Below, one piece after another: positions 10,904 through 21,746 of a DNA stretch of 64,000 nucleotides (position 1 is the first letter of the stretch; every line of letters starts with the position of its first letter). The DNA is from an uncultured Chloroflexia bacterium (lineage in GTDB: Bacteria; Chloroflexota; Ktedonobacteria; Ktedonobacterales; Ktedonobacteraceae). The stretch spans positions 67,517 to 131,516 of the forward strand of contig CAVYFA010000001.1 in assembly GCA_963767715.1 (NCBI GenBank). The letters are read 5' to 3'. A program made the translations under genes and the position numbers. A model generated the notes under the pieces. It had not been told where the DNA came from. It made no database searches and saw only the letters and a program-made list of their open reading frames with translations.

Positions 10904-11353
10904 CTAGAAACCCGTACTGCCGAAGCCGCCGCGCCCGGACCCCATCTCGTCTGCCTCGTTCCAGGTTGCGCGCGCAACGGGGATGAAAATGCCCTGGGCG
11001 ATACGCTCGCCTCGCTTGATCGTGACCGCTTCCTCACGGAAATTGAGAACCTGCACCCGCAGCTCATCGCCCTCGCCGCCATAATCCTGATCGATGATGC
11101 CGACGCCGTTGGGGATCAGTAAGCCCTTGCGGCGCGGTGTGCTGCTGCGCATGGTAAGCATCAGCATATATCCTGGCGGTATTTGAACAATCACGTTCGC
11201 CGGGATGAGCTCGATGCAGCGCGGCGCAATCTCTGTCTCTTCCCGGCAATAAAGATCGAAACCTACCGAACCCTGTGTCGCATACATGGGCAGCGGTAAG
11301 TCCTTATCAATGCGTTTGATTGTCACTTGCAACGGTTGCGGGGCTATGTCCAT
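10904..11353 (-). CDS. dut: dUTP diphosphatase
   Basis: dUTPase motifs 'GSVGFDL', 'PRRKGLLIPNGVGIIDQDYGGE', 'RGERIAQ'. The start is placed at the internal Met 'MDIAPQ', giving ~150 aa. It lies 9 nt upstream of the J-domain gene on the same strand. Confidence 0.8.
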   Translation of the reverse strand: MDIAPQPLQVTIKRIDKDLPLPMYATQGSVGFDLYCREETEIAPRCIELIPANVIVQIPPGYMLMLTMRSSTPRRKGLLIPNGVGIIDQDYGGEGDELRVQVLNFREEAVTIKRGERIAQGIFIPVARATWNEADEMGSGRGGFGSTGF

Positions 11354-11414
11354 ATCTGCTATTCTAGAGGAGAGAAAGCACATCGTCAAGACCAATCCTG
11401 GGAGTGTGGATAGA

Positions 11415-11837
11415 GTGAATACGCGTTTGAAATTGTTTATTACAGGCTTCCTGTTATGCATAGCGCTGGGAGTTGCGGTCTTCTGCGCGATCCAGACCGT
11501 CCAGGCGTTTCAACGTTTCCAGCAAGATCGTAAACTGGCGCTTTCCGGAGACGTGCGCACTATCCGCCCATGGATGACGCTCCCCTTCATTGCGCGTGTT
11601 TACCACGTACCAGAAAACTACCTGGACCAGCAACTGCATATCACCGATCCCCAGTCTGTACGCCGTACTTCCTTGCATACCCTCTCCCTGCGCTACAATC
11701 GTCCGGAAGACAGCTTCATTCACGATGTGCAGCAGGTCATACTCAACTATCGCAAGCAGCACCCGACCCGCACACCTCAGCCGGCAAGCACGAAGCACGC
11801 GAAGGATCCTCCTGCCAGCCGGAGGAAGGCTGCATGA
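11415..11837 (+). CDS. Hypothetical single-pass membrane protein (GTG start), translationally coupled to dedA
   Basis: GGAGTGTGG RBS ~6 nt upstream of the GTG. TM segment 'LKLFITGFLLCIALGVAVFCAI'. The stop TGA overlaps the dedA ATG (ATGA at 11834-11837). Confidence 0.35.
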   Translation: MNTRLKLFITGFLLCIALGVAVFCAIQTVQAFQRFQQDRKLALSGDVRTIRPWMTLPFIARVYHVPENYLDQQLHITDPQSVRRTSLHTLSLRYNRPEDSFIHDVQQVILNYRKQHPTRTPQPASTKHAKDPPASRRKAA

Positions 11838-12559
11838 GTGTATTCCTGTCCGATCTCCTGACTTTTTTTCAGACGTATGGATATCCAGCGCTGTGGGTTT
11901 CCGTCTTCATCGCCGCAGTTGGCATACCCCTGCCAATCGCGCTGGCACTCCTTGCGGCCGGCGCTTTCGCCGCGCTTGGCGATTTCAACGTCTATATCCT
12001 TACCCTCATCACCATCTCAGCTTCTGTTTGCGGTGATAACGTGGGCTACCTGATCGGTAGAAAATGGGGCAGTAAAGCCCTGGACTGGTTCGAACGCTCT
12101 CGTTTTGGCGCACGCGTTCTCCCGCCACGCGCTATTGCGCGTTCGCGTCTCTATTTCCAACGACGCGGTGGCTGGGCAATCTTTCTCAGCCGCTTCCTCG
12201 TTGCAGCCCTCGGCGGCGTTATCAACCTGATCTCCGGCTCGGAATTCTACCCCTATCGCTCATTTTTGACCTTCGACTTCGCCGGCGAGACGGTTGGAGC
12301 GGTAATACCGCTCGCTCTTGGCTTCGCGTATGGGGCGAGCTGGGAAGCAGTGGGCGATATTCTGGGAACGCTCTCACTTTTCTTCATCGCGCTACTTATC
12401 GCCATTGTCCTCTTTGTGCGATTGCTGCGCTACCTGCGCAGCACAAATCAGAAAGCGCGGGCCAGTGAAAATAAGAAAGCCGAGGCGCCAAGCATCCCTG
12501 GTATGGCACCCCTGATCGATCCTCCCGCGCCCTCTTCCGACCGGCTGTCACGCCCGTAA
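11834..12559 (+). CDS. DedA/SNARE-associated family membrane protein
   Basis: GGAGGAAGG RBS at 11821-11829. DedA motifs 'GYPALWVSVFIAAVGIPLP', 'GDNVGYLIGRKWG', 'GGWAIFLSRFL'. Confidence 0.75.
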   Translation: MSVFLSDLLTFFQTYGYPALWVSVFIAAVGIPLPIALALLAAGAFAALGDFNVYILTLITISASVCGDNVGYLIGRKWGSKALDWFERSRFGARVLPPRAIARSRLYFQRRGGWAIFLSRFLVAALGGVINLISGSEFYPYRSFLTFDFAGETVGAVIPLALGFAYGASWEAVGDILGTLSLFFIALLIAIVLFVRLLRYLRSTNQKARASENKKAEAPSIPGMAPLIDPPAPSSDRLSRP

Positions 12560-12650
12560 CTTTTTTAATATTCGCACGTATATAGAGTCATATATAGTGA
12601 TGATGGTAACGGAAGACGAATCGGGTTCACCGCTTCGCTGCTTAATCAGT

Positions 12651-12680
12651 TGATGAAAGCGCATTTTTGCGTTATAATTA
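12651..12680 (+). promoter_or_regulatory. Sigma-70-type promoter candidate (TTGATG, 17 bp, TATAAT) with a ~200-nt leader upstream of the sigma factor gene
   Basis: Direct reading shows 'TTGATGaaagcgcatttttgcgtTATAAT', a consensus -35 and -10 with 17-bp spacing. No CDS lies between it and 12883. Confidence 0.4.
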
Positions 12681-12882
12681 AGGAAGCGGCGGAATATTTT
12701 CGGCCTTTCCTGTGTTTCTATAGAGTAGAAAGACAGAATCAGTGCATCATAGACTTCCTCCCACTCGGTTTTCGGACAACGGGTCCCAATCGCAGGAACG
12801 CTTTCCCTGAGTACAGGACGGAACCGACGGAAGATACTGTTATCTTGCTGCTTGAGATACTACTGTTCATGGAGGGCGCGAT

Positions 12883-14115
12883 ATGATAGATATGAAGCCA
12901 GTCGCATCAGGCGCTACGCTTCTTGATAAAGATACACAATTGAATCCCAATCTGACCCAGCAGTACAGTGAGATTGTCGGGCGACTCCTACCAAAGGACC
13001 TTGAATTTATAGAGGGCGTTACCGAGGGCAATACCAAGAGCGCCTGCAAAGACGAACAGGAACTTGAGGAAGAGGATATCGCGAATATGGATACCGCGCC
13101 TCTCGAGCTAGATGAGATGCCTGACATGCAAGAAGAATTGACCCCGCTGCCTGCCTCGCCTGTTATGGAAACTTCTTCGATCCTTACTCTCCCGGCGATG
13201 GGCGCTGAAGATATTACTCCAACCCGCCGCGTATCCATGCGTCGCCGGCGCTCGGAGGATCAGGAAGAACATCCCGTCAATACGGCAGATGCGGGCGAGT
13301 CGGACGCGGTGATGACTTACCTGCGCGAAATCGGACGCGTGCCGATGATTACACACGAGCGTGAAATCGAGCTGGCGCAGCGCATCGAAGCCGGTGACCG
13401 CGAGGCGATGAAGCAGTTTATCCTGGCAAACCTGCGCCTGGTGGTCAGTATTGCCAAACGCTACGTGGGCCGGGGCCTGACCCTGCTCGACCTGATCCAG
13501 GAAGGCAACATCGGTCTGATTCGCGCCGTGCAGCGTTACGACTGGCGGCGTGGGCACCGCTTCTCCACGCATGCCACATGGTGGATTCGCCAGGCCATCA
13601 GCCGCGCGGTCGCCGACAAAGGCCGCACCATTCGCCTGCCCGTCTACGTCAACACTGCCTTGAACCGCATTCGCCGCGAACGCCAGCGCCTCTTACAGGA
13701 ACTTGGGCGCGAACCAACCGAGGAAGAGCTGGCGGAGGCAACCGGGCTCGACCCTATCCGCATGGTAGAACTGCAGGCAGCCCCGGGCGCACCCGTCTCG
13801 CTCGAATTGCCGGTTGGCGAAGATGAGGAGCAGGAACTGGGTGATGTGCTGGCCGATACCGAATCGGCCTCACCGGAAGATATTGCTACCACGCAAACAC
13901 TGAAAGACGAAGTGCAGCGCGTCCTCGAGTCAGTGTTGACACCCCGTGAACGCCTCGTGCTGCAACTGCGTTTCGGTCTTGGCAACAGCCAGGCGCATCC
14001 GCTCGAACAGGTCGGACGCGAACTTGGCATCACTCGCGAGCGCGTACGCCAGATCGAAGCCGGCGCCCTGGCAAAGCTGCGCCAGCCGCCCGTGCTGGAA
14101 CGTTTGCGCGGATAA
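12883..14115 (+). CDS. RNA polymerase sigma factor, sigma-70 family (group 1/2, RpoD/SigA-like)
   Basis: Region 1.2 'DAVMTYLREIGRVPMIT'. Region 2 'ANLRLVVSIAKRYVGRGLTLLDLIQEGNIGLIRAVQRYD...STHATWWIRQAI'. Region 3 and region 4 'LTPRERLVLQLRFGL...LEQVGRELGITRERVRQIE'. GGAGGG RBS is present. Confidence 0.9.
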   Translation: MIDMKPVASGATLLDKDTQLNPNLTQQYSEIVGRLLPKDLEFIEGVTEGNTKSACKDEQELEEEDIANMDTAPLELDEMPDMQEELTPLPASPVMETSSILTLPAMGAEDITPTRRVSMRRRRSEDQEEHPVNTADAGESDAVMTYLREIGRVPMITHEREIELAQRIEAGDREAMKQFILANLRLVVSIAKRYVGRGLTLLDLIQEGNIGLIRAVQRYDWRRGHRFSTHATWWIRQAISRAVADKGRTIRLPVYVNTALNRIRRERQRLLQELGREPTEEELAEATGLDPIRMVELQAAPGAPVSLELPVGEDEEQELGDVLADTESASPEDIATTQTLKDEVQRVLESVLTPRERLVLQLRFGLGNSQAHPLEQVGRELGITRERVRQIEAGALAKLRQPPVLERLRG

Positions 14116-14127
14116 AGAGATAAGATA

Positions 14128-14178
14128 CCACAATAAAAATCACACCACCGGCGGTGGTGTGATTTTTATTGTGGTATC
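14128..14178. terminator. Bidirectional intrinsic terminator (perfect 23-bp palindrome with A/T runs on both sides) between the convergent sigma factor and Rel genes
   Basis: 'CCACAATAAAAATCACACCACCGGCGGTGGTGTGATTTTTATTGTGG' can be read directly as a perfect hairpin with T-tracts in both orientations. Confidence 0.6.
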
Positions 14179-16623
14179 TTATCTCTTCTTGACCTTACCC
14201 AGGTCTCTTTCCACGCCGACCAGCCCCTTGACACGCTCAAGACGAGAAAAGACGCGCTGCAATTGTTCCATGCTATCGATCTCCAGCGTAACGCTGATGA
14301 GCGCCCTATCCTTCCCCACGCCAACGGTGGAGCTGACGGAGGTCATGTTAACGCCGATTTCGGAGACGACGCTGGCGATATCGCGGATAAGGCCGGAGCG
14401 GTCATGCGCGGTGATAGCTATGGGGGCCAGGTAACGCTGCTGCCCCATGCCGGTCCAGGTGACGTTCACCAGCCGCTCGCGGTCTCGTTCACGATAGCGT
14501 TCGATGTTGCGGCAATCGGCGCGGTGGATTATAGCGCCCTTACCGCGGCTGATGAAGCCCACGATCTCATCTCCGGGAAGCGGGTTGCAGCAGTTCGCCA
14601 GGCTGGTCATCAAGCCACTCACGCCAGCGACTTGCAGGCGTGCCGACGATGTGCCTTTGCTGGCCAGGGGCAGCAGGTCCAGGGCATCCTCTTCCTCTTT
14701 CTGCTCCCTGCCCTCTTTCTGCTCGCGCTCGCGCCAGTAGTCCACCAGCCTGACGGCGACGGCGTGCTGGCGAATTTCGTCGCCGCCAATCGCCACCAGC
14801 AAGTCATCGAAGCTCTGCTTCTGGAATTCGCCAAGCAGCCAGCCCTGTGCGTCGTCGTTCACCACTTCGATGCCGCGCACCCCCAGTATCTTGAGCTCGC
14901 GGTCGAGCCGTTCGCGCCCGATCTGGATGTTGATATCGCGCTCGTGCGTCTTGAGGTAGCGCCTGATCTTACTGCGCGCGGCGGCAGTACGCGCGAAGTT
15001 CATCCAGTCGCGCGTCGGGTGAGCCGTGCGGTTGGTCACAATATCGACGATATCGCCGCTGCGCAGTTCGTAGTCGAGCGGCACCAGGCGCGTCACCAGC
15101 CGCCCGCTCTCCCCATTCTGTGAGGTCACGCGCGCACCCGCGCAGCGATCACCGATCTTCGAATGGATGCGATAGGCAAAGTCAAGAGGCGTGGAGCCGG
15201 CAGGCAAGTCTTTCACCTCGCCCTTGGGAGTAAAGACGAAGATCTGCTCATCGAAGATCTCGTCGCGCACGGCTTCAATAAATTCGCTATCGGTGGTCGT
15301 AGCGGCACGCAGGTCGCGCTGCCAATCGGCGAGCTGGCGCAGCCACGAGAGTAGCTCTTTTGCCGACGAGGAAGCCTGGTCGCCCACGTCCTTATAGTGC
15401 CAGTGCATAGCAACGCCGTATTCCGCCAGTTCGTGCATGGAAAAGGTGCGAATCTGTATCTCGACCAACTGGTCTTCCAGGCAAAAAACGGTGGTATGTA
15501 GCGCCTGGTAGCCGTTGGGTTTGGGATTGGCGATGAAATCCTTGATGCGGCCATCCTTCGGCTTCCACAAACTGTGGACGTGGCCGAGCGCGATGTAGCA
15601 ATCGGGCGTCGTATCGACCAGGATGCGGAAAGCCACCAGGTCATGAATCTGGCTGAAATCCGCCGTCGCATTGAGATCCTCCAGGCGTTCGACATCCCCG
15701 GCATTGCGCCGCACCTTCTTATAAAAGCTGTAGAGATGCTTGACGCGCCCCGATACCTCGGCGTGCAGGCCCAGCGCCTGCATCTCGTCGCGCAGCACGC
15801 CGCAGACACGATCGACGTAGTCGCTCCACTGCGTTCGTTCAGCCTCGATCTGCTGTCGCGCCCAGGCATATTTTTCGGGTTCCAGCACCTCGAAGGCCAG
15901 GTCGTCCAGTTCGCTTTCGACGCGTGACATGCCCAGGCGCCCGGCCAGGGGCGCGTAAATCTCGCGCGTTTCCTGCGCCATGACCTGCATTTCCTGCGCA
16001 TCAACGGGGTACTGCTTCGCCACAATCAGCCGCATGGCATGCAGGCGATAGGCCAGCTTGAGCAAGACGACACGCGGGTCCTCCGCCATAGCGAAGAACA
16101 TTTTGCGCACCGTTTCGGCCTGCTGACGCTGCAAGGATTTGCGGATACGCTGCTTCTTCTGCTCGCGTGTGGCATCACCCTCGCCATTGGCGCTCTTGCG
16201 TACCTGGGCCATACTCTTCTTTTTGCGCTCAAGGATGTTCAGGCGCAGCATGCTGCCAACCACGCGTGCCACCGACACGCCCAGCGCCGTCTCGACTTGC
16301 TCGAGCGACAGCAGTTCGGCATCGATGGCCTCGAAGATCAGCCCCGACGCGACGCCTATGGCATCGATGTGCATCTCAGCCAGGATCATGGCAATCGCCA
16401 GGGCGTGCTCGATCAGCGCCAGGCGCTTATTGCCGCGCGTCTCCCCACAGGCCGCCTGCGCCAGGGAAAAGGCCTGCTCAATCGATGCGGCATCGTAGGA
16501 CGACATATATTGTCGTACAAGCTCAAACAAATGCCGGGCGTGTTCGAGCGCCGTTTCCGGCGTGATATCAGGCTGATTGATGGGTTGTATAGAATCGCTG
16601 ACTGGCATATCTATCATGGACAT
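14179..16623 (-). CDS. relA: Bifunctional (p)ppGpp synthetase/hydrolase, long RSH (HD-Synth-TGS-ACT), 814 aa
   Basis: HD domain. Synthetase 'RVKHLYSFYKKV...GYQALHTTVFCLEDQLVEIQIRTFSMHELAEYG'. TGS 'IFVFTPKGEVKDLPAGSTPLDFAYRIHSKIGDRCAGARV'. C-terminal ACT 'APIAITAHDRSGLIRDIASVV'. Confidence 0.9.
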   Translation of the reverse strand: MSMIDMPVSDSIQPINQPDITPETALEHARHLFELVRQYMSSYDAASIEQAFSLAQAACGETRGNKRLALIEHALAIAMILAEMHIDAIGVASGLIFEAIDAELLSLEQVETALGVSVARVVGSMLRLNILERKKKSMAQVRKSANGEGDATREQKKQRIRKSLQRQQAETVRKMFFAMAEDPRVVLLKLAYRLHAMRLIVAKQYPVDAQEMQVMAQETREIYAPLAGRLGMSRVESELDDLAFEVLEPEKYAWARQQIEAERTQWSDYVDRVCGVLRDEMQALGLHAEVSGRVKHLYSFYKKVRRNAGDVERLEDLNATADFSQIHDLVAFRILVDTTPDCYIALGHVHSLWKPKDGRIKDFIANPKPNGYQALHTTVFCLEDQLVEIQIRTFSMHELAEYGVAMHWHYKDVGDQASSSAKELLSWLRQLADWQRDLRAATTTDSEFIEAVRDEIFDEQIFVFTPKGEVKDLPAGSTPLDFAYRIHSKIGDRCAGARVTSQNGESGRLVTRLVPLDYELRSGDIVDIVTNRTAHPTRDWMNFARTAAARSKIRRYLKTHERDINIQIGRERLDRELKILGVRGIEVVNDDAQGWLLGEFQKQSFDDLLVAIGGDEIRQHAVAVRLVDYWREREQKEGREQKEEEDALDLLPLASKGTSSARLQVAGVSGLMTSLANCCNPLPGDEIVGFISRGKGAIIHRADCRNIERYRERDRERLVNVTWTGMGQQRYLAPIAITAHDRSGLIRDIASVVSEIGVNMTSVSSTVGVGKDRALISVTLEIDSMEQLQRVFSRLERVKGLVGVERDLGKVKKR

Positions 16624-16651
16624 TTCCGTTAAAGTGTACAGTTCAAAAACA

Positions 16652-19055
16652 TCAGGCCTGGACCCGCCGGCTGCGGTCCCGGCTCACGCTTACCACGTTC
16701 TTCACCTGACGCAGTCGCTCGAAAATCGGCTCGATCTGATCGATGCCGTCGATTTCCAGCGTGGCAGAGATGATGGCTTTCTGCAGCGAGGCATTGGTGG
16801 TGGATGCCACCGCCGTCATGTTGATGCCCGCATCGGCCACGACCGCCGCTACGTCGCGCAATAGTCCGGAGCGGTCATGCGCGGTGATAACGATAGGTGC
16901 CAGGTAGCGCTGCGGCTCGATCTGCAGCCAGTTGATCTCCAACAAACGCTCGACCTCCTGCCTGCGATAGCGGCGCAGAGTACGGCAATCGCTGGCATGC
17001 ACGATGATGCCCTTGCTCGGATTGAGCAGACCCACGATCGCGTCGCCCGGCAGAGGGCAGCAGCAGTGCGCCAGCTTGACCACCACCCGCGGCAGTTCAC
17101 CTTCGCCCACGCTGTGCGCAGAATGCCCGTTTTTGACGTACTTGGCGCTCTCCAGCTCGTGCTTCAACTCGCCTCTCTGCTGCAAGAGCGGAGCCAGGCA
17201 TTCCAACACTTCGCCAACTTGCAGGTCATCACGTCCCAGTGCTTCAAGCAGGTCTTCGGGTGAGTTATAGCGCTTCTTGACATCGACTCCCCGCAAATCC
17301 TCGTCCGCGAGGGTGCGCAAGCCCGTCGCGCCAAGCGCTTTCAGCGCGATATCCAGGCGCTCGCGCCCCAGTTGCAGGTTCACTTCGCGCTCATAGGTTT
17401 TCAGGTAGCGCCGGATCTTCGTGCGAGCCGATGTGGTACGTGCGAAGGCGAGCCACTCGCGCGTGGGATGCGCCTCCTCACTCGACCATGATATCTACGA
17501 TTTCGCCGCCCTTGAGTTCATAGTCCAGCGGAACAATGCGCGTAATCAGCCGCCCGTTCTCTTCCAGGTTGGTGATGATACGCGCCCCAACGCAGTGGTC
17601 GCCGATATCTGTGTGGATGCGGTAGGCCAGGTCAAGCGGCGTCGAGCCGCGCGGCAAATCCTTCACCTCACCTTTGGGGGTGAAGACGAAAATCTGCTCC
17701 TGGAAGATGTCGCCTTTGACGGCCTCCACAAACTCGTCAGCGTTCTCCGGCAGCTCACGCTGCCACTCGCGCAGTTGCTCGATCCACGTCACCATCTCGT
17801 GCGTGGACAACCTCGCCCCGCCGCGCTCGCGCAAGTACCAGTAGCTGGCGAGTCCATAATCGGCGATGCGCTCCATCTCGTGCGTGCGGATCTGTATCTC
17901 CGCCAACTGGTTGTCGAGGCAGAAGACGGTGGTGTGCAGCGCCTGGTAGCCGTTTACCTTTGGCGTAGCAATGAAATCCTTGATACGCCCATCCTTTGGC
18001 CGCCAGAGCGCGTGAATATGCCCCAGGGCCAGGTAGCAGTCATGCACCGAGTCAACCAGGATGCGGTAGGAGACCAGGTCGTGTATCTGGCTCAACTCCG
18101 CCCCACTTTGCTCCAACTTGCGATTGATGCTCGACAGGTGCTTCTGCCAGAAACCCACCTCGGCGGTGATGCCCGCCTTCTCCATCTCTTCGCGCAGCAT
18201 CCTGCATATCTCATCGATGACCGGCTGGCGCTTGCGCCGCTCCTCCTCTACCTCGCGCGCCAGTTGCGTAAATTTTTCAGGTTCCAGGTAGCTGAAGGCC
18301 AGGTCCTCGAGTTCCGCCTGCACCAGCGCCATGCCCAGCCGCCGGGCAAGGGGCGCGTAAATCTCCCTGGTTTCGCGCGCCTTGTTCTGCTGCTGCGCCT
18401 GGTCCATTACATCCAATGTGCGCATGTTGTGCAGTCGGTCGGCCAGCTTGAGAACGACGACGCGCGGGTCCTCGGCCATCGCCAGCAACATTTTGCGCAC
18501 CGTCTCTGACCTCTGTCGCCGCTTCATATCGCGCACCTGGCGCTGTCGCTGCTCGACCTGCTCAGGCATTTCGCTCGGGGCGGGATCGAACGAATCATCG
18601 CCGTTCTGCGAATGGGACGAGGACATCACAAATGGCGTCCCTACATTCTTGCCGGCCAGGGTGTCAAATTTGGTGACGCCGTCTACGATGCTGGCAACGG
18701 CATCGCCAAACTGGGCCCGCAGTTCGTCCAGGGTAAAATCGGTGTCTTCCACCACATCGTGCAGCAGCGCGGCAACGATGCCGTCGGCGTCGATGCGCAT
18801 ATCGGCCAGCAACAGGGCCACTTCCAGGGGATGCGCGATATAGGGTTCGCCCGAACGGCGCAAAACGCCCCCATGCGCCACATCCGCAACCTGAAAGGCG
18901 CGTTGAATGCGCTCCAGGTCGGATGGAGTAAGGTACTGGCGCGTTTCCGCCAGCAGGTCTTCAAGTGTCACATGAGAAATCGTCACAGACTCATTCGGGT
19001 TTAAAGCTATCATAGGGCGACCATGGGCAATCCGGGCTGCCAGACTGCTCTTCAT
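16652..19055 (-). CDS. Second long RSH (Rel) paralogue in tandem, ~800 aa, split by a 1-nt frameshift at ~17470-17477
   Basis: The 525-aa ORF holds HD, synthetase ('GYQALHTTVFCLDNQLAEIQIRTHEMERIADYG') and TGS. The 243-aa ORF holds the helical linker and ACT ('APIVITAHDRSGLLRDVAAVV'). Shifting one base after 'IVDIMVE' gives 'EEAHPTREWLAFARTTSARTKIRRYLKTYE', collinear with the upstream paralogue. Confidence 0.85.
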
Positions 19056-19185
19056 TAATACATAGTGTAGTTCACAGAAGCCGACATTGCAATGAATGTG
19101 TTCTCACTAAATATAACACTTGGTACGAACAATCTATGCCATACGTAACAGCATTGCCCATATTGTATCGACGCGTAAGAGTGAA

Positions 19186-19226
19186 CAAAAAAAAGACAAG
19201 GCCGAGAACACACCTTGGCCTTATCT
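19186..19226 (-). terminator. Rho-independent terminator for the zinc-ribbon gene (minus strand)
   Basis: Stem 'AAGGCCgagaacacaccttGGCCTT' followed by an 8-nt T-run on the minus strand (aaaaaaaa at 19187-19194 on the plus strand). Confidence 0.5.
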
Positions 19227-19276
19227 CTTGATGATTTAAGTACAGGCTAATTGCCCGTTTGCGCTCTGAACAGGGC

Positions 19277-19582
19277 TTAACCGCGCGTTACACGCACCTT
19301 GTCGTAGCAGGTACTGCAATAGACGGGGCGATCGTTCTTCGGCAAGAACGGCACCTGCGTTTCCACGCCGCACTCGGCGCAGATTACAGTATGCATTTCG
19401 CGTGGGGCACGCTCGCCACGACTACCCATCCCGCCCGATGCACGACGCGCCGAACGGCACGAAGGACAGCGACTGGGCTGGTTCATCAAGCCTTTTTGCT
19501 GGTAAAACTCTTGTTCACCCGCAGTGAATACGAAATCGTTTCCGCATTCTCGACACCTAAGGGTTTTGTCAACGAAGTTCAA
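19277..19582 (-). CDS. Small protein with tandem zinc-ribbon motifs (CxxC...CxxC twice)
   Basis: 'RCRECGNDFVFTAGEQEFYQQKGLMNQPSRCPSCR' and 'VICAECGVETQVPFLPKNDRPVYCSTCY' form two Cys4 ribbons. Its own terminator lies downstream. Confidence 0.55.
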   Translation of the reverse strand: MNFVDKTLRCRECGNDFVFTAGEQEFYQQKGLMNQPSRCPSCRSARRASGGMGSRGERAPREMHTVICAECGVETQVPFLPKNDRPVYCSTCYDKVRVTRG

Positions 19583-19966
19583 CTAGAGACCTCCTTGTGA
19601 TATGATGGTATTCTTCCGGGTCCATATCCTTGCAGAGTCACCAGTTTGTGTTACCCCTAGCAGCGCGGGCCTATTCTTCTGGAAGAGCACTGAACGCCAG
19701 ACCGAGATCGGATACCGCCTCCAAGCATACACGCTTTTCCAATAATTTGCAAGCCCTTTTGTTCCGCAATTTATCAAATTACCGGCATTTTTATATATTT
19801 TTTATGTGTACTTTGTACACTAAGCCGTTTTGAAGGCTGCCACCCCTCCCCGGCCTTGTCTCAATGCGATAAAATTGCTATGGTTTGGCTACTGTCGATG
19901 CCATCATTCGTTATGCATAGAGATGTATGATAAACCAGGCTAAAGGGCAGAAGAGAATCAGTTGCA

Positions 19967-21674
19967 ATGGAAAAATACGTTGAGGCTCCCCCATCTCCTC
20001 CCGAACCGACTGAGCAAAAGCGGGAGAGGCCATCATTTGCGGCCCCGCTCGTGACGCTTTTCGGCATGCTTGCATTAATCCTGTGCACGCTATTTATGGC
20101 CGCGCCCATGACGCGCCTGGCGGGTACGCCGGTGAGCGCGCTGATCCCCGGGGGAAGCATGCTTGTGCATGCCGGCTCCTGGCTGCCCAGAAACTTGCAT
20201 ATAGCTTCAGATGCCTACAGCAACCAGATTGGGACGGGGAACGTCGAATTTTTGCTGCTCATGGCCATAGCTTTCGGCGTCTACGGCGTTTGCGCGCTGT
20301 TAACGCAACTATTCCTGCGCCGGTCTACCCGGCGGGGCATCCTCGCGATGATCTGGCTGGGAGCGATTGTGGCCGGCCTCATTTTTCTCTTGACTCCGGC
20401 GCTGCTTTCCCACGATCTATTCGTCTACGCCGGATATGGTCGCCTCATGGATGCTTATCACGCCAATCCCTATTTTGTGCCGCTCTCCGCCTACCGGCAT
20501 GACCCGATCTATCCTCTCGATGACTGGGGAGCCTACACATCCGCCTATGGCCCGCTGTGGATGGTAGTGTGCTCGATCGGTCTCGTTCATTGCGGGTGCG
20601 CACCCTTTGAGGTATATTCTCCTCTTCCGACTCCTGGGATTACTCGCTCATCTCGTCAATATCCAACTGGTGTTCCTCATCCTGCGCAAGATGGAGCGCT
20701 CGCCGCGCATGGTCATACTCGGTACGATGCTGTATGCCTGGAACCCGCTGGTCCTGTTAGAGAGCAGCCAGGGCGCGCACAACGACATCTTCATGATTAC
20801 GTTCATACTGCTGGGCATCTTTTTTCTGGTTCAAGTAGAAAAGGAAACGCCAATGCGTTGGAGAAGCGCGATCCTGCCCATCGTCGCGCTAACGCTGGCC
20901 GCGCTGGTGAAATACACGACTATTCCCCTGGTCGCCCTGGCCATTATCATGCTGGTTTTCCGAGCGCTGCGCGCGGATACAAGCGGCTCCCACAAAGCAC
21001 GCGAGATGATCGCCCGCCGCTGGAAACCTGCTCTGCTGGTGGGACTAACCGGATGCATCACGAGCGGCATTGTGATTCTTGCATTTTACGGCCCATTCTT
21101 TTTCGGACACAGCTTCCGGGCAATTGTAGATAGCTTTACTAATCCACCCTCCTCGCGTGGGTCCCATAAGTCGATCCTCGACGCCATCGTTCTGCAGTTG
21201 ACAAATGCTCCCCCACCACCTCACACCTGGCTCCATGGGCTGCTATCCCGCTTATCAAGTCTAAAGCTCTGGGACCTCATTAACATTATCACGCTTGCAG
21301 GTGACCTCATCATCGACGCGATCTGGCTCTGGCGAAAACCCACCACGCGCACATTCGTCCTGGCATCCCTTCTGACGCTGGGCGCCTTCTTGCTTGTCGC
21401 CCCCTGGTTCTTGCCCTGGTATGCAACCTGGCTGGTTGCCCTGGCCGCGGTGAGCCTGCCGGTCAGCCGCAGCCCTATCGCGCGCGGACTGGTGGCGTTT
21501 GCTCTGACCTTCTCGGTCTCAGTATTCATTCTCTACCTGTACAATGGGCATCCTCCTTACAATATCTGGAACCTGTTGAGCTGCCTGTACACGTTCGTGC
21601 CGCCGGTCGTGGCCTTCTTCATCGCGCTGCTCCCCTGGCCCCGCATAGCGCGCCCGGTAATGGCGACCGCGTAA
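19967..21674 (+). CDS. Polytopic membrane protein (~570 aa), possibly a GT-C-type glycosyltransferase or DUF2029-like; one frameshift at ~20577-20590
   Basis: More than 12 predicted TM helices. The frame switches after 'WMVVCSIG' into 'VSFIAGAHPLRYILLFRLLGLLAHLVN', apparently from an extra G in 'atcggtc'. The motif 'YAWNPLVLLESSQGAHND' is reminiscent of membrane mannosyltransferase-like families. Confidence 0.45.
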
Positions 21675-21746
21675 TTTAAGAGGTCTAGAGGTCGCGCGCC
21701 TTGACGCATATGCGACAATACAAACACAGTTAAGAACATAAGCCCA

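Noticed and set aside
15213-16025. 270-aa ORF in an alternative frame inside the Rel gene, and many similar long overlapping ORFs (e.g. 14263-15123, 17421-18509, 21765-22751, 55118-56080, 56113-57732, 56402-57112)
   Set aside because: They are Arg/Ala/Pro-rich translations typical of off-frame or antisense reading of high-GC coding DNA. Each lies wholly inside a well-supported gene, has no RBS and shows no domain signal.
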